Positions 48,372-61,972 are shown, numbered from the stretch's first letter. The stretch is DNA of 64,000 bases from Octopus vulgaris (GCA_951406725.2 OX597833.1:59148001-59212000); one strand, 5' to 3'. The notes: a model not told the origin generated them from the sequence alone. Made by a program: numbers and translations.

Positions 48372-48575
48372 AGCACAAGGCCAGCAAGATCAGGTGAGGG
48401 TGTAAGATGATTACATCAACTCCAGTGCTCAACTGGTACTTATTTTATCGACCCCTAAAAGGATGAAAGGCAAAGTCAATCTCAGCAGAATTTGAACTCA
48501 GAATGTAAAGACAGATTAAATGCCTCTAAGCATTCTTTCCCAACAGACTAAAAATTCTGCCAGCTTGTTGCCTTA
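48372..48575 (-). mobile_element. SINE family B
   Basis: Family B core, reverse complement. Confidence 0.8.
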
Positions 48576-48893
48576 CATAAGGCTATAAATAACGATATGT
48601 AAATACTGGGCTGAAAATCCACTTTTGGATAGAAAATCTGAAGGATATCTTAAAAGCTTTCTCAACCCAATATTTACATACTGTTATTTGTAGCTTTATG
48701 TACACCGAATCCACTGCTCCAAATAAAGTATTATTTCATGCTCTCTTGAAAATTTGTAAATTCTTATAGAATCAATGAATAGATAAATAGATAGATAGAT
48801 AGACAGACAGACAGATAGACAGCTACATAGACAAATAGATTAGTAGATATGTGTGTGTGTTTGGGTATATATATATATATATATATATATATA

Positions 48894-49088
48894 ATGTGAC
48901 CGCGTGTGTACCGTTGGTGATTTTTTATTTCCCTCTGTCTTTCCTTTTCCTGTTTCTGACGAAAAGCTCCACTCGAAACGTTAAACCCTCCTTCTTCCCT
49001 TCCTTCCTGAGCGTCCAATAATAGTATATTTGTTCCAGGTCCTCGCATTGTTGTGTTTTCTCTTTGTGTTTTCATGTTTGGATTAACT
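48894..49088 (+). mobile_element. Hammerhead-bearing PLE-derived element, copy 3 (stem II mutated)
   Basis: GTTT-CTGACGA-A-AAGC-TCC-ACTC-GAAA-CG-TT-AAAC at 48952-48986; (TA)n flanks. Confidence 0.75.
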
Positions 49089-49144
49089 ATATATATATAT
49101 TTTTTTTATATTATGTATATGTATATATATATATATTTTATATA

Positions 49145-49181
<37 letters not shown>

Positions 49182-50022
49182 TTTATATTACATATTTATA
49201 TATGCATCGAATATATGTATGTATATGTGTGCGTGAGTCTGTGTATATATATATATATATACTGGATGGTATTGACAACAAGCCATAAATCCTAAGTCGT
49301 AACAGACAACTTTAAACTTAAAATCAGTTTATGAATTTTCCTCAACACATTTTCTCCCAGAATTCGCTTCTCGATTAAATATAGTAACAGACAGACATTA
49401 CCATAATATCAGAAGCAACGGAGGGACATTCCCATCATTTATTAGAAATTGTTGATTTATTACTCCAAAAAGAATATAGATTCTTTCATTGCTTTTCATA
49501 TTCCTGAAATTTCAATTAAATTCCTTTTTATTCTCATAACTGAAGTCTTCATACCATCTACAATCTTCCATTTCTCGTTTATTTCTTCTTTATTTCCAAA
49601 GTGTTTTACTTTTAGAATCTTCCACACCATTTATTTTTTTTTTTTTTTCCTTCTTGCTTTTATATTTATAAATCTTGTAGTAGCCTCAAACATGATTGCT
49701 GTCTTTTGTGTGTCTGTGTGTGTGTGTGTCCTTATTTATATATATATATATATATACATACACAGATGGTTATAGATACACACACACATATATCTACATA
49801 TTTATACAGACATATATATGTAGATATTTATACATATATGTAAAATATATATATATATATATGCACATTTTTATACATACATTTATACATACATAGTGAT
49901 GCATAAATGCATATATATATATATATAAGAATTTTTTGCATAGTGAGATAAAAAAACCAAGGCTGTGTAGATATTAGGACATTTATAGATAGAACATTTA
50001 TATATACAAATATATATATATA

Positions 50023-50095
<73 letters not shown>

Positions 50096-51354
50096 ATATG
50101 TATATATATATATGTATATGTATATATATATGTATATGTATATATATATATGTATATATGTATATATATATGTATATGTATATATACATATATATGTATA
50201 TATTTATACATACATATATATGTGCATATTTATACATACATATATATATATATACATACTTATACTTGCATGCATATATATATGTATGTATTTATACATA
50301 CGCACATATACATTTAGATATTTTTATACACACACACATGCACACAAACACACACACACACATAGAAACACATAGAAACACATTCACACTTGCTTTATTT
50401 TTATCTCCAAACATTCTAGCTTTCTAGAAACATCCATGTTATTACACGCAATTTTTTTTTTTTTTTTTATATTTTATTTCTCCATTTTTTTATTATTTTT
50501 TTTTTATCTCCAATAATTTCAAAAGCTCAATTAAATCCGTCGATTTAGTTTTCTCTCCCCGCCATAAAAATGTTATATGCTCAGCAACCACCTTCGCTAT
50601 TTTTTCATATTTCTAAACCTCGGTCAAACCAGTTTTCATATTGTGTAAAGAGCACAGCATGAACAAGGTTATTTTTCGGTGAAATTCCATTAGAATTCCT
50701 GCCGTTATCCTAATTTTGATGCTGCAAATAAAAATATAGTCAACACTCTTGAAATTTTTTCATATTTTTTTTGTATTGTATTTTGTAATTTTTTAAATAT
50801 TTTTTTTATCAATAATTACCAGTTTTCTCATCTTTTTGAAGTCAGATTTCTTTACGAATTTTAAGGAGGGGGATGTCATTTTTTTTTTTTTTTTATAATT
50901 TCCTATTTGTTCCTCTTTCTCTTTCTCTTCTTCATCATCAATGACCCTTTTTGCTGCTTTTCAGTTTTATTTCTTTGTATCTAATTCAACAGCTTGGATA
51001 TTAGTTCTGTTTAAATTTACATTGACATCATCAACATCATCAACAACAACAACAATAACAACAACAACAACAACAACAACAACAACGACAACAATATCAA
51101 GCGCTGTACTGCTATATCAAAATAAACCGCATCAACATCAATAACAATAACAATAATGTAAACAACAACATAACAGCATCTCTAATAATAGTTTCTTTAG
51201 GCTAATGACTTTATAATCAATTACTTATGACCTCAGTAAATCACTGGTATCAACCACAAGTTGTAAAATTAATCATGGTGTAATCTGAACTTAAGACAAT
51301 AAGATACAAAACTATGGCTGCCGTCTGCCACAGTTTGTTCCATCATAATAATAA

Positions 51355-51727
51355 TGGTTTCAAATTTTGGCACCAGGCCAGAAATTTAAGGGGAGGAGGT
51401 AAGTCAATTATATTGACCCCAGAGTACAACTGGTATTTATTTTATCGACCCTGAAAGAATGAAAGGGAAAGTTGACCTTGGTGGAATTTGAACTCAGAAT
51501 GTAAAGACAGACAAAATGCTGCTCAGCATTTTGTCCAGCGTGCTAATGATTCCGCCAACTCACAGCCTTAATTATAATAATAATAATAATAATCCTTTCT
51601 GCTATCAGCACAAAGCCTAAAATATTGGAGAAGTGAGGGATTGGGGAGGGGGCTAGTCAATTACATCAACCCTAGTGTTTGACTGGTACTTAATTTATCG
51701 AACCTTGAAAGGATGAAAGGTAAAGTG
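51355..51727 (-). mobile_element. Two SINE B copies in (AAT)n
   Basis: Family B core, reverse complement, at 51355-51570 and 51595-51727. Confidence 0.8.
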
Positions 51728-51728
51728 G

Positions 51729-51729
51729 C

Positions 51730-51803
<74 letters not shown>

Positions 51804-51870
51804 TTAATAATATTAATATAATAATAATAATAATAATATTAATATAATAATAATAATAATATTAATATTA

Positions 51871-51920
<50 letters not shown>

Positions 51921-51923
51921 TTG

Positions 51924-51954
<31 letters not shown>

Positions 51955-51992
51955 TGATGATGATGATGATGATGATGATAATAATAATAATA

Positions 51993-52060
<68 letters not shown>

Positions 52061-52072
52061 AATAATAAATAA
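51729..52072. repeat. (AAT)n/(GAT)n compound microsatellite
   Basis: Directly visible. Confidence 0.95.
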
Positions 52073-52599
52073 TTAAAGAAAATTACAAAGAAACATTAAA
52101 TAGGTGTATGTGGATAAACAAATACCACAAAGACAAAAAAAAGGAGGGTAGAAGTTTTTATGCAAAATATGTAAATGAATGACTTAAAAATTTATGAAAT
52201 TTACATGAAATAAGCAGAAAAAGAGTGATGGAACACACAATAATTAAAAGTGGATAATTAAAATTTGTGTTAATCACCATGTTCCTTGATTAAGCTTCTG
52301 TTGCACTTCCTTCATAAATTGTTCATAGCTTGGGATTTCTGTATATTTTCTGTTAAGGGCTCTTTTATTTTAATGGGTATGCGAAGGCTCACATCCTCTG
52401 GATCATTAAAATAAAATGCTTTGTCAAGTCTTTCTGAACTTTCTACTAGTATTCAGTCCATTTAGTAGTGTTTATATATATGCATATATAAAATATATAT
52501 ATATATATATATAAACTTACTTGGAGAAGAGAAATAGAGAAATAACACGTGCGTTCGGTCATATAATAACAATATAATAAATAAAATATATGCATATAT

Positions 52600-52642
52600 A
52601 CATACATATATGTACATACTTACATCTACATGTATATATACA

Positions 52643-52681
<39 letters not shown>

Positions 52682-52864
52682 GAGTACAGGACACCACAAA
52701 TAAACGTAGAACACAACGAGAAACGAAAACATAAACTCAAACAAGGAAACAGACTTTTTTTAACAACGAAAAAACAGAGTACAGGACAAACAATACAAGG
52801 AAAGTTCCCCTTCATCAGCTGCCCCTGGTTCGGCTCAATGCGTGCTTCGAAGGTAAGGGCAGCC
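52600..52864 (-). mobile_element. PLE-like element with permuted hammerhead motifs, homolog of 22560-22778
   Basis: Shared TGAGTACAGGACACC..GAGAAACGAAAACATA..GAGTACAGGAC; minus strand CCTTCGAAGCACGC...CAGCTGATGAAGGGG. Confidence 0.55.
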
Positions 52865-53018
52865 TATATATATATATATAGTTGGAATTTACAAAAAAGA
52901 ACAAAAGATGAAGACAAGTGTGTAAACAACAAACAGGTGTATTAGTTTATATAATTTCTTTCTCAGTCCACACTTTTCCTGGAAATTTCTTATGATTATA
53001 TGTATATGTATATATATA

Positions 53019-54251
53019 CTGTAAAAACTCATGCAATTTGTACACCTGTGTAATTTACGCAGGTGATTTTCAGGATAAAAATTGTTAAAAAAATGCTTCT
53101 ACTCATGTAAAATTCACACCCAAAAGTTTTCAGAATTGCTGATATGGCCAGGGGTGTTGTATTTAGCATAATTTCACTTACTTATTATTAGATTTTATTA
53201 AATTTCCATTAATTAAAAAATATTTCTATTTAACGGGTGTCACATTAAAGCCATTAAATTACAAAGTGTTTGTGTTGTTTTAATAAACTTTATTTTACAC
53301 TAGCAGTATTGCCTGGCGTTGCTCGGGTTTGTAAGGGAAATAACTATATAAGCATTTTTAGAGAATTATAACCAAAAAATAGCAAAAAAATGCATTAAAA
53401 ATGGAAAAAAAATTATGGTAAATTTTTTTTTAAATCGTTGACTCATCGTAGACATTTTTAGAGAGTTACTTCCCTTATATAATAGCGAAAAAATGCATTA
53501 AAATGGAAAAAAATGATGGTAAATTTTTTTTTAAATCGTAGACTCATCGTAGATGCGCGCTAATACCTAGAAGGGCTCGATATGAATCCCGACTATAAGA
53601 TAACCGGTTTTGGTTAAACTGCACCGCAAAATGTGGGAGTAGTTAGGAATCTAAATCGTAGGAGACAGACACACAACTTGACTTTTATATATAAAGATTT
53701 CTTGCCCACAAGAGATTATGCCTGATCTTTAGCCTACTGCTGTATGTCTTCTCAAATCATGATCACAGGAAAAGTTGTTGATAAGAATCATCAACAAAAA
53801 CAAAGCTGATAAATACGCACAGGTGTTAAAAATTAAGTTTAATTACCAATAAACATCAGCTTGGATGACACTTTACTCCACCAAGTAAAATATATAAAAT
53901 ATGGCCCAGACTGTGATGACCAGCATGAACGTTACTCTTCAAAAAATAGTTACCCATTTAATGGTTTTAGTAAATTTTAGTAAATTTATACACAAGAAGT
54001 AAGCACTATACTGTCCAGCATAAGTAGAAGTCAACTTCATTATATTTAAACCCTTATTTTTTCTGTAAAATCCTATTCTGAGATTAAATGAGTCAACTTC
54101 CAGTACAAATGTTTAGGTTCTGCATGTCTTTTTCCAACCCAAAAACTTTCTAAAAGAAATTCTGGAAACGATCTACTGATGTTATTTACACACCCCTATT
54201 GTCTATTTTTATCTTTGACAAAAAATGTGTAAATTACATGAGTTTTTATGG
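53019..54251. mobile_element. pogo/Tc2-like non-autonomous DNA transposon, with nested Helitron
   Basis: TA|CTGTAAAAACTCATGCAATTT ... AAATTACATGAGTTTTTATGG|TA (18/21 inverted match). Confidence 0.7.
53300..53697 (-). mobile_element. Non-autonomous Helitron with internal ~100-bp duplication
   Basis: Minus strand A|TCTTTATATATAAAAG ... CCCGAGCAACGCCAGG hairpin ... CTAG|T. Confidence 0.85.
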
Positions 54252-54283
54252 TATATGTGTGCATGTATGTGTGTATATATCTA

Positions 54284-54314
<31 letters not shown>

Positions 54315-54319
<5 letters not shown>

Positions 54320-54525
54320 TAATCCAAACATGAAAGCACAAAAAAACACAACAAACGCGAGGACGTGGAACAAATATAGTACTATTGGACGCTCAGGAAG
54401 GAAGGGAAGAAGGAGGGTTTAACATTTCGAGTGGAGCTCTTCGTCAGAAACATAGGAGAAGGAAAGATCCAGAGAAGGGAAGACAGAGGAAAAAAAATTG
54501 CCAACGGTACACACGAGGTCACATA
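54315..54525 (-). mobile_element. Hammerhead-bearing PLE-derived element, copy 4
   Basis: Reverse complement of the 28024-28230 family; HHR at 54417-54451 with CG>TG decay. Confidence 0.75.
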
Positions 54526-54574
54526 TTTCTTTTTTGGTGCTTTTCCTTGTTTTGGGGGGTTTTTTGTTTTGTTT

Positions 54575-55010
54575 TTAAGTAATCAGCTTGCCTCCAACCG
54601 ACTCCATCTGGTCAGCCTCCTTGCAAGTGGATGGAGCAATATGAAGAGATACTTCCTGGTTATTTAATTCTAGTTTAATAGTTGTTGTTGCTGTGGCGAC
54701 TCTCATCTTTACCATTTTTGTCTGGAATTTCTTGGGTCCCATGGGCCCATTCCTGATAATGACTGAAGGGTCAATCCTATTTACTGACTTATGAGTTGTT
54801 TCTGGTGTCACTTCAGGACTTATAATCTCCATAATTTGCTCTCGTTGTTACTTTAGCTCTTTTAAGCTGTCTATGCAGGAGATCTTTAAATGAGTTTTGC
54901 TTCCACCTGCATAGCAGCTAGGCTATCTACTTTGAATGTTGAGGTTTAAGTTTCTGCTGTCAACACCCAGATGCCAGGCATACCATTTTAGTCTTTCCTT
55001 GACCTACAAC
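54575..55010 (-). pseudogene. Possible decayed LINE ORF1 fragment
   Basis: CYAGGSKTHLKISC at 54916-54875 is one substitution from a CX2CX4HX4C zinc knuckle; followed by an 85-aa open stretch. Confidence 0.35.
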
Positions 55011-55032
55011 TGCTTATGTGTATGTGTGTACT

Positions 55033-55350
55033 TATCACCGTGATCACCGTGACTGACCAGGCTATCAGATGTTGCCACACATCGCTGGTCACAATGCGCT
55101 TCGCATTGTTTTTTTTAGCCTTTAAATGACGCCACCCTACTGGCTAAGCAGGCTGGCCAACAGAAGAAAGAGTGAGAGAAAGTTGTGGCGAAAGAGTACA
55201 GCAGGGATCATCACCATCCCCTGCCGGAGCCTCATGAAGCTTTAGGTGTTTTCGCTCAATAAACACTCACAACGCTCGGTCTGGGAACCGAAACCGCGAT
55301 CCTACGACTGCGAGTCCGCTGCCCTAACCACTGGGCTATTGCACCTCCAC
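55033..55350 (-). mobile_element. SINE family C, tail type 2
   Basis: Reverse complement of the 20856-21135 type. Confidence 0.9.
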
Positions 55351-56604
55351 TTATATTGGATGTATATTTACATTTTCCTATATATATTTGGTGTATATTT
55401 ACATTTTCCTATATATATTTGTAGATTTAGTTGTACTTAGTTGCACTTGCAACAGCATTCACTCATGGTGGGTTGTGCTGACTCTGACCAATGAGTCCAC
55501 CACATCCCTCACAAATGCTGACCACATCCTCAGTCATCTGTTGAGGTGTAGGGTCCATGTTCAGTGTTTCAGTAGGGATACAAGTGATCCCTAACAGGCT
55601 CATCTTGCCATTGATCATTGACCATTGATGAGAATTTGTTGACCAAATCACCACCAATTATCAGAACAGATGTTGCCTGGATTTGAGGCAGATTTTAGGG
55701 ACATTGCTTTAACAAAAACTAAGGGGTCTCTCACTCCCAGTGGTCCTTCAGCACACCAAACGCCAACCAAGAACTTCTGAGGGCCCATGTTATCGCTACG
55801 TAGTTGTTGAACTTAAACCAGCGCCCCAAAGAGGCTTGCCTGGTGAGGAGAGTTATTAGAAACCCAACAGGAAGAAATTTGTATATGGCGGAGTGTTGCA
55901 TTGTTTACATTGGCATTCTTTACAGAAAATATTTCCTATGAGCCGTGGTTTTGTTTTTGTTATCACTTTTGTCAGAAAATCAACCACTTGCTTTGCATCA
56001 TCAAAGATGTGGGAAATAAGAGATCCTTTACTTGAAAGACAGATGAGGGTTAGTGACAGGAAGGGCATCTGAACGTAAAACAATGCCTCAATATTAATCA
56101 TGTCTAACCCATGCCAACATGGAAAAACAGGTACAAACATGTAGGTATTTGTGTAAGTGTGGTATAAAGGATATGACACGACCAGGCTTTAGAACTGTGT
56201 GTGTTTGTTTATGGTTCTGAAGAAGCATCTTGAAGAAAAATTGGATTATTTTACAAAACATCTTGTTTTCTCCATCGATATCCTCAATAGAATATACACA
56301 GGGAAAAAATTCCAACTTGTAGAGATAAGCACATGTTTTTATTCAGCATGAAAATTTATATAAATATACATTATATATATACATAAATACACACACACTC
56401 ACACACACACACATACATACATACATGTACATATGTATACATATATATATTTTAGTATATATATATATATATATATGTATATTTATATATATATAAACAT
56501 ATATACAATTTATATATACGTATGTATCTCTCTCTCTCTCTTTCTCTCTCTCTCTATATATATGTATGTGTATATATATGTGTGTATATATATATATGTG
56601 TATA

Positions 56605-56640
<36 letters not shown>

Positions 56641-57544
56641 TGTATGTATGTATGTATGCATGTATGTATGAATGCATGTATGTACATGTGTATACATGCA
56701 TGCAGAAATATATCTCAGGGAATTCATTTGTAAACAATAACAACAAAACAAGAATGAAAATAAACAAAAAGCAAAATTAATTTAAAAAATAGATTAAAAA
56801 TTAATAATTTATATACTTTTTATGGTTTTTTTTTTGTCTTTTCAATTTAAGTTGTTTTTTTTTTTAATTTGGAAATTAATTCAATCTAATTCTAATTTAT
56901 CGATAATATTAATCCTTGTTATTATCTTCATCACCACCACCACCACTACCACCACCACCACCAACCACCACTGCCACTACAGCCACCACCACCGCTGCCA
57001 CCACTGCCACCACCAGCACCATCATCCTCCTCATCATCATCATCATCAGTAACATCGACATCAAACGCACCATCCACTTTAACACTAATATTGTTTCACT
57101 TGTTATTTTTGCTATTATCCTCTTACTAATGTCAACAGCATCCTCATCATCATCATCATCGTCATCATCATCATCATCATGCAGCTAATGGCAGTCATGG
57201 TTGCAGACTAGCGCTGACAGAGTAGTTAATGGTATTCTGCCATTGATCCAGTATTTGTTGCCATCAATAGCTGATTATTTTTCCGCTCAGCCCTTCCCCA
57301 GCGTCCTTGCTCTCCTCATTCCCAATCCCGCGTCTCCCATAAAACATACTCTCACTCAACTATTTTAAAAACAATGACAATGCTGTCCTGCTATCTTATA
57401 ATTAATCCCTTTCACTATCCCCTCTTACCGTCTCAGAATTCCCACAAACACCCTACATACCAACCCACCACCAGTACCACCACAACTACCCTCACTTACA
57501 GCCCACCAAAGTCGTCTACAAATTACCCACAATCACTCATACCC

Positions 57545-57950
57545 ACCCACAGTCACCCGACAGTCACACATCCACCCTTAGTTTCACAGTCTCACACATC
57601 CACCCGTAGTCGCTTCACAGTCTCACACAGCCCATGGTCACTCTGCAGCCTCATCTACAGTCACTCCACGGTCTCACACATCCACCTTTAGTCACCCATA
57701 GTCACCCCACAGTCTCACACAGCCCACGGTCTCACACATCCCACGGTCACCCCACATCCTCATCTACAGTCCCCCACGGTCTCACACATCCACCCTTAGT
57801 CACTCATAGTCACCCCACAGTCTCACACAGCCCACAGTCTCACACAGCCCACAGTCTCACACAGCCCACGGTCTCACACATCCACCCTTAGTCACCCATA
57901 GTCACCTCACAGTCACATCCAACCTCAGTCACCCCACTGTCACTTACATT
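57545..57950. repeat. CA-rich minisatellite (CACAGTCTCACACATCCACCCTTAGTCACCCATAGTCACCC-like units)
   Basis: Directly visible reiteration. Confidence 0.85.
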
Positions 57951-57957
57951 CACCCAT

Positions 57958-58185
57958 GGCAATCCACATACATGTGTACCCTTAACATTGTTCTTCAAGA
58001 GATTCGACATGACACAGAATGTGACAAGGCTGGCCCCTTTTGAAATACAGGTACTCCTCATTTTTGCCAGCTGAGTGGACTGGAGCAACATGAAATAAAG
58101 TGTCTTGCTCAAGGAAACAATGCATCAACGGGATTTGAACTCACGACTTTAAGATCATGAGTCGAATGCCTTAACCACTAAGCCT
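57958..58185 (-). mobile_element. SINE family D, tail type 3
   Basis: Homologous to 43690-44012. Confidence 0.8.
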
Positions 58186-58263
58186 TGGAACATCACTACA
58201 ACCTGCATAAACTCACAATCACAATCATCGCAGATGTTCCATCCATGATCATCATAGCTTATT

Positions 58264-58264
<1 letters not shown>

Positions 58265-58295
<31 letters not shown>

Positions 58296-58700
58296 TTAGC
58301 ATCTGTTTTCCATGCTGGCATGGGTTGGACAGTTTGACTAAAACTGGTAAGTTGGAGGGCTGCACCAGGTTCCAACCTGATTTGGCATGGTTATGGTTTC
58401 TATGGCTGGACACCCTTCCTAATGCCAACCACTCCAAGAGTGTAATGAGCGCTTTTTTGCATGCCACCAGCATGGGTGCCAGTTATGTGACACTGATATT
58501 GGCCACGACTATAATTTCACTTGGCTTGATGAGTCTTCTCAAGTATGGTATATCACCAAAGATCTTGGCCGCTTATTATTGCACTATGAGGTCCAATGTT
58601 CGAAGGGTGCTTTTTATGTGCCACCAGCATGGGTGCCAGTGACCCCAACTACAATTTCACTTGGCTTGAGTGTGTTCTCAGGCACAGAATATGGCCAAAG
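58265..58700 (-). mobile_element. Family E element with internal duplication
   Basis: (CAT)n..TTTTCCATGCTGGCATGGGTTGGA..CCCTTCCTAATGCCAACCACTCC; GCCACCAGCATGGGTGCCAGT occurs twice. Confidence 0.75.
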
Positions 58701-58859
58701 CTCTCTGTCAGTTATCATTTCAAGAGGATCATATTATTAAAGGTGTCATTTCCCTGACAGAGTCAAGTCTAAGTTGAGGGTGTTTTGGTGGCTAATTCTT
58801 GTATAGTGGGTGACTATGTATAGGGCTGTCCTCTCAGTGTGAGTGTATGCATTATATAT

Positions 58860-59835
58860 ACATAGACACAGCATGTAGACATATACATTATATGGACAGG
58901 CACGACATGTAGATGTTTATTACATGTACAGAGAGAGAGTGAGCAGATACCTGTTATCTACACATGCAGATATAGTGTATGGATGTTTGATTGGATTGAC
59001 AGTCACAGTGTGTAGATGTTGACAGAATGGACAGACACACTATATGGATGTTGACTGGATGTTGCATGTCGATGTTGACAGGATAGACAGACACCCTATA
59101 TGGATGTTGACTGGATATGGCATGTAAATGTTGACTTGGTAGGTTGACACTGTGTAGAAGCAGCATGTAGAGACAGACTCAGTGTGTAGATGTTGACTGG
59201 ATAGACAGATTGTGAGTAGATGTTAACAGTATGTATAAATATAGTGTGTAGATGTTGAATGGATATATAAACATCAGGTGTACATATTGACTTTACGATA
59301 GAGTGTATAAACAGATACAGTAATTAGAGGTTGACTGGATAGATAGACACATTGTGTAGATGTTGACTGGGTATATAAACAGTGTGTAGATGTTGGCTTG
59401 ATAGATAGACTCAGTGTACAAGTAGAGTGTATTAGACAGACACTGTTTATAGACGTTGACTAGATAAACAAACAATGTGTACAAGTAGAGTGTATTAGAC
59501 AGACACTGTTTATAGACGTTGACTAGATAAACAAACAATGTGTGTAGATGTTGACTGGATTGACAGACACATTGCATAGATGTCGACTGGACAGACCGTC
59601 AATGTGTGTAGATGTTGACTGGATTGACAGACACATTGCATAGATGTCGACTGGACAGACCGTCAATGTGTGTAGATGTTGACTGGATTGACAAACACAT
59701 TGCATAGATGTCGACTGGACAGACCGTCAATGTGCGTAGATGTTGATTAGACAGACACCATGTGTAGATGTTGGCTGAATATATGAACACTGTGTAGAAG
59801 TATGATGTATAGACAGTCACGGTGTGTAGATTCTG
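58860..59835. repeat. About 32-bp degenerate minisatellite with 63/64-bp higher-order units
   Basis: TGTGTAGATGTTGACTGGAT..ACAGACAC units; near-identical 64-bp copies from about 59538. Confidence 0.9.
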
Positions 59836-60069
59836 TCTAAACAGAAACATTGATTTCATCCATAAAGCACAATTACAACCAATGAAGACCAATTTCTGGC
59901 AGTCTTGTAGCAGACAAGAGGGGGGGGAAGGGAAATAATAAAGAAGTTCCAGAAAAAAATTATTTAGTTTTGGTCTGCCTTCTTTAAACTGCAGCATTGG
60001 AGATACGAATCAATACATTACATAATCATACATATATAAATGCAAACATTCATATATATATATATATAA

Positions 60070-60156
<87 letters not shown>

Positions 60157-60285
60157 CATGTAAGTGATTACAAATCAATGTTCAATATACATTCATGTTT
60201 ATACATACTTATGATGCGTGTGCATGTGTGTGTGTGTATATAAGTTTGGTGATGCAATCATGAGAAAATAGAACACAAAATATGA

Positions 60286-60441
<156 letters not shown>

Positions 60442-60641
60442 ATTGATATTTAGCAGAAGCAACAGTGACACAAGGGCCAAGAGTTTCGTGTATTGGGTGC
60501 ACTTATCGAAAGTTTGATAAATATTAGTGTCTGTGTGTATGTGTGTTTGTGTGTGTCTGTGTGTCCATGCATTTATTTCTGTGGCAATTTTTTTCTGCTT
60601 GCATAGGCTGCATAACTGCATTACTGAGGTATTACTCTACC

Positions 60642-60885
60642 GTGGAGGCATGTAGCTTAGTGGTTAAGGGTGTTGGACTCATGATCATGAGATTGTGGTT
60701 TTGATTCCTGGACTGGGCAACGCATTGTGTCCTTGAGCAAGACACTTCATTTCATGTTGCTCCAGTCCACTCAGCTGGCGAAAGTGAGTAATCCTGCGAT
60801 GGATTGGCGTCCCATCCTGGTGGGGAATATATGCGCCATGAAACCAGGAAACTGGCCCCTATGAGTCAGCATGATAAGAGAAGGT
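60642..60885 (+). mobile_element. SINE family D, full length, tail type 1
   Basis: GTGGAGGCATGTAGCTTAGTGGTTAAGG head, GTGTCCTTGAGCAAGACACTT core, GAAACCAGGAAACTGGCCCCTATGAG tail. Confidence 0.85.
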
Positions 60886-61027
60886 AAATTTACCTTTGAG
60901 GAAGGTATTACTTTATATCCAGGTGCCTTTCTTTTCACTGAGCTTCACATGTTTTTCAAATAAGGGCTCCTTTATTTCCCACACCTTCAAATACACAGAC
61001 ACACAAATGCACACACACACACATGTA

Positions 61028-61656
61028 CATCATCATCATCATCATTGTTTAATGTCCGTTTTCCATGCTGGCATGGGTTGGACGGTTCGACTGGGGTCTG
61101 GCAAGCAAGGAGGCTGCACCAGGCTCCAATCTGATCTGGCAGTGTTTCTACAGCTGGATGCCCTTCCTAATGCTGACCACTCCAAGAATGTAGTGGGTGC
61201 TCCTTTTTACATGCCACCGGCACAGAGGCCAGAGTGGGCTGGCAACAACCACAATCAGTTGGTGCTTTTTACATACCACTGGCATGGAAGCCAGTCAAGG
61301 CAGTGCTGGCATCAGCCATGTTCGGATGGTACTTTTTACGTGCCACCGGCATGGGGATCACAACTACAATTGTAGGGTGACACAGCATGTCACCCTACAA
61401 TCCAATATACATATATACATATATATATAAATGTGTGTGCGTGTGTATGTGTATGAACACTGGTGCTAGTGCCTTGTAAAATGCACCAAGTGCACCCTGT
61501 AAAATGGTTGGTGTTAGGAAGGGCATCCAGGTGTAGATGCCTTGTCAAAACAGACTGTTTAACCTGATGCAGTCCCTGACCTTGTCAGTGTTCCTCTCAA
61601 ACCATCCAACCCATGCCAGCATGGAAAGCGGATGTTAAACGATTATGATGATGATG
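61028..61656. mobile_element. Two divergently oriented family E elements (- 61028-61370; + 61460-61656)
   Basis: Family E terminal motifs with (CAT)n at left and (GAT)n at right. Confidence 0.75.
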
Positions 61657-61819
61657 GTTGTGATTGTACAGGAACAAAGAAATACACACACACAAACACA
61701 CACACACACACACATACACACACATGAATGAAAAGATTTTTTTTTTTATAGGTTTGTATGAAAGTGATCTGCTCATAACCTTCTTAGAACATTCGAGATT
61801 GGTGCGATTGATGTGAGGT

Positions 61820-61972
61820 TTTGTGATGTGGTTAATTGGTGAAACCAATGTGGTTAATTAGTGAAATTGCTGTGGTTAATTGGTGGGACTGATATGGTTA
61901 ACTACTGCGACTGATATGGTTAGCTAATGATATTGATATGGTTAACTAACGATTGATGTGGTTAATTGGTTG
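61820..61972. repeat. About 22-bp degenerate tandem repeat (GATGTGGTTAATTGGT)
   Basis: TGGTTAA recurs about 7 times. Confidence 0.75.
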
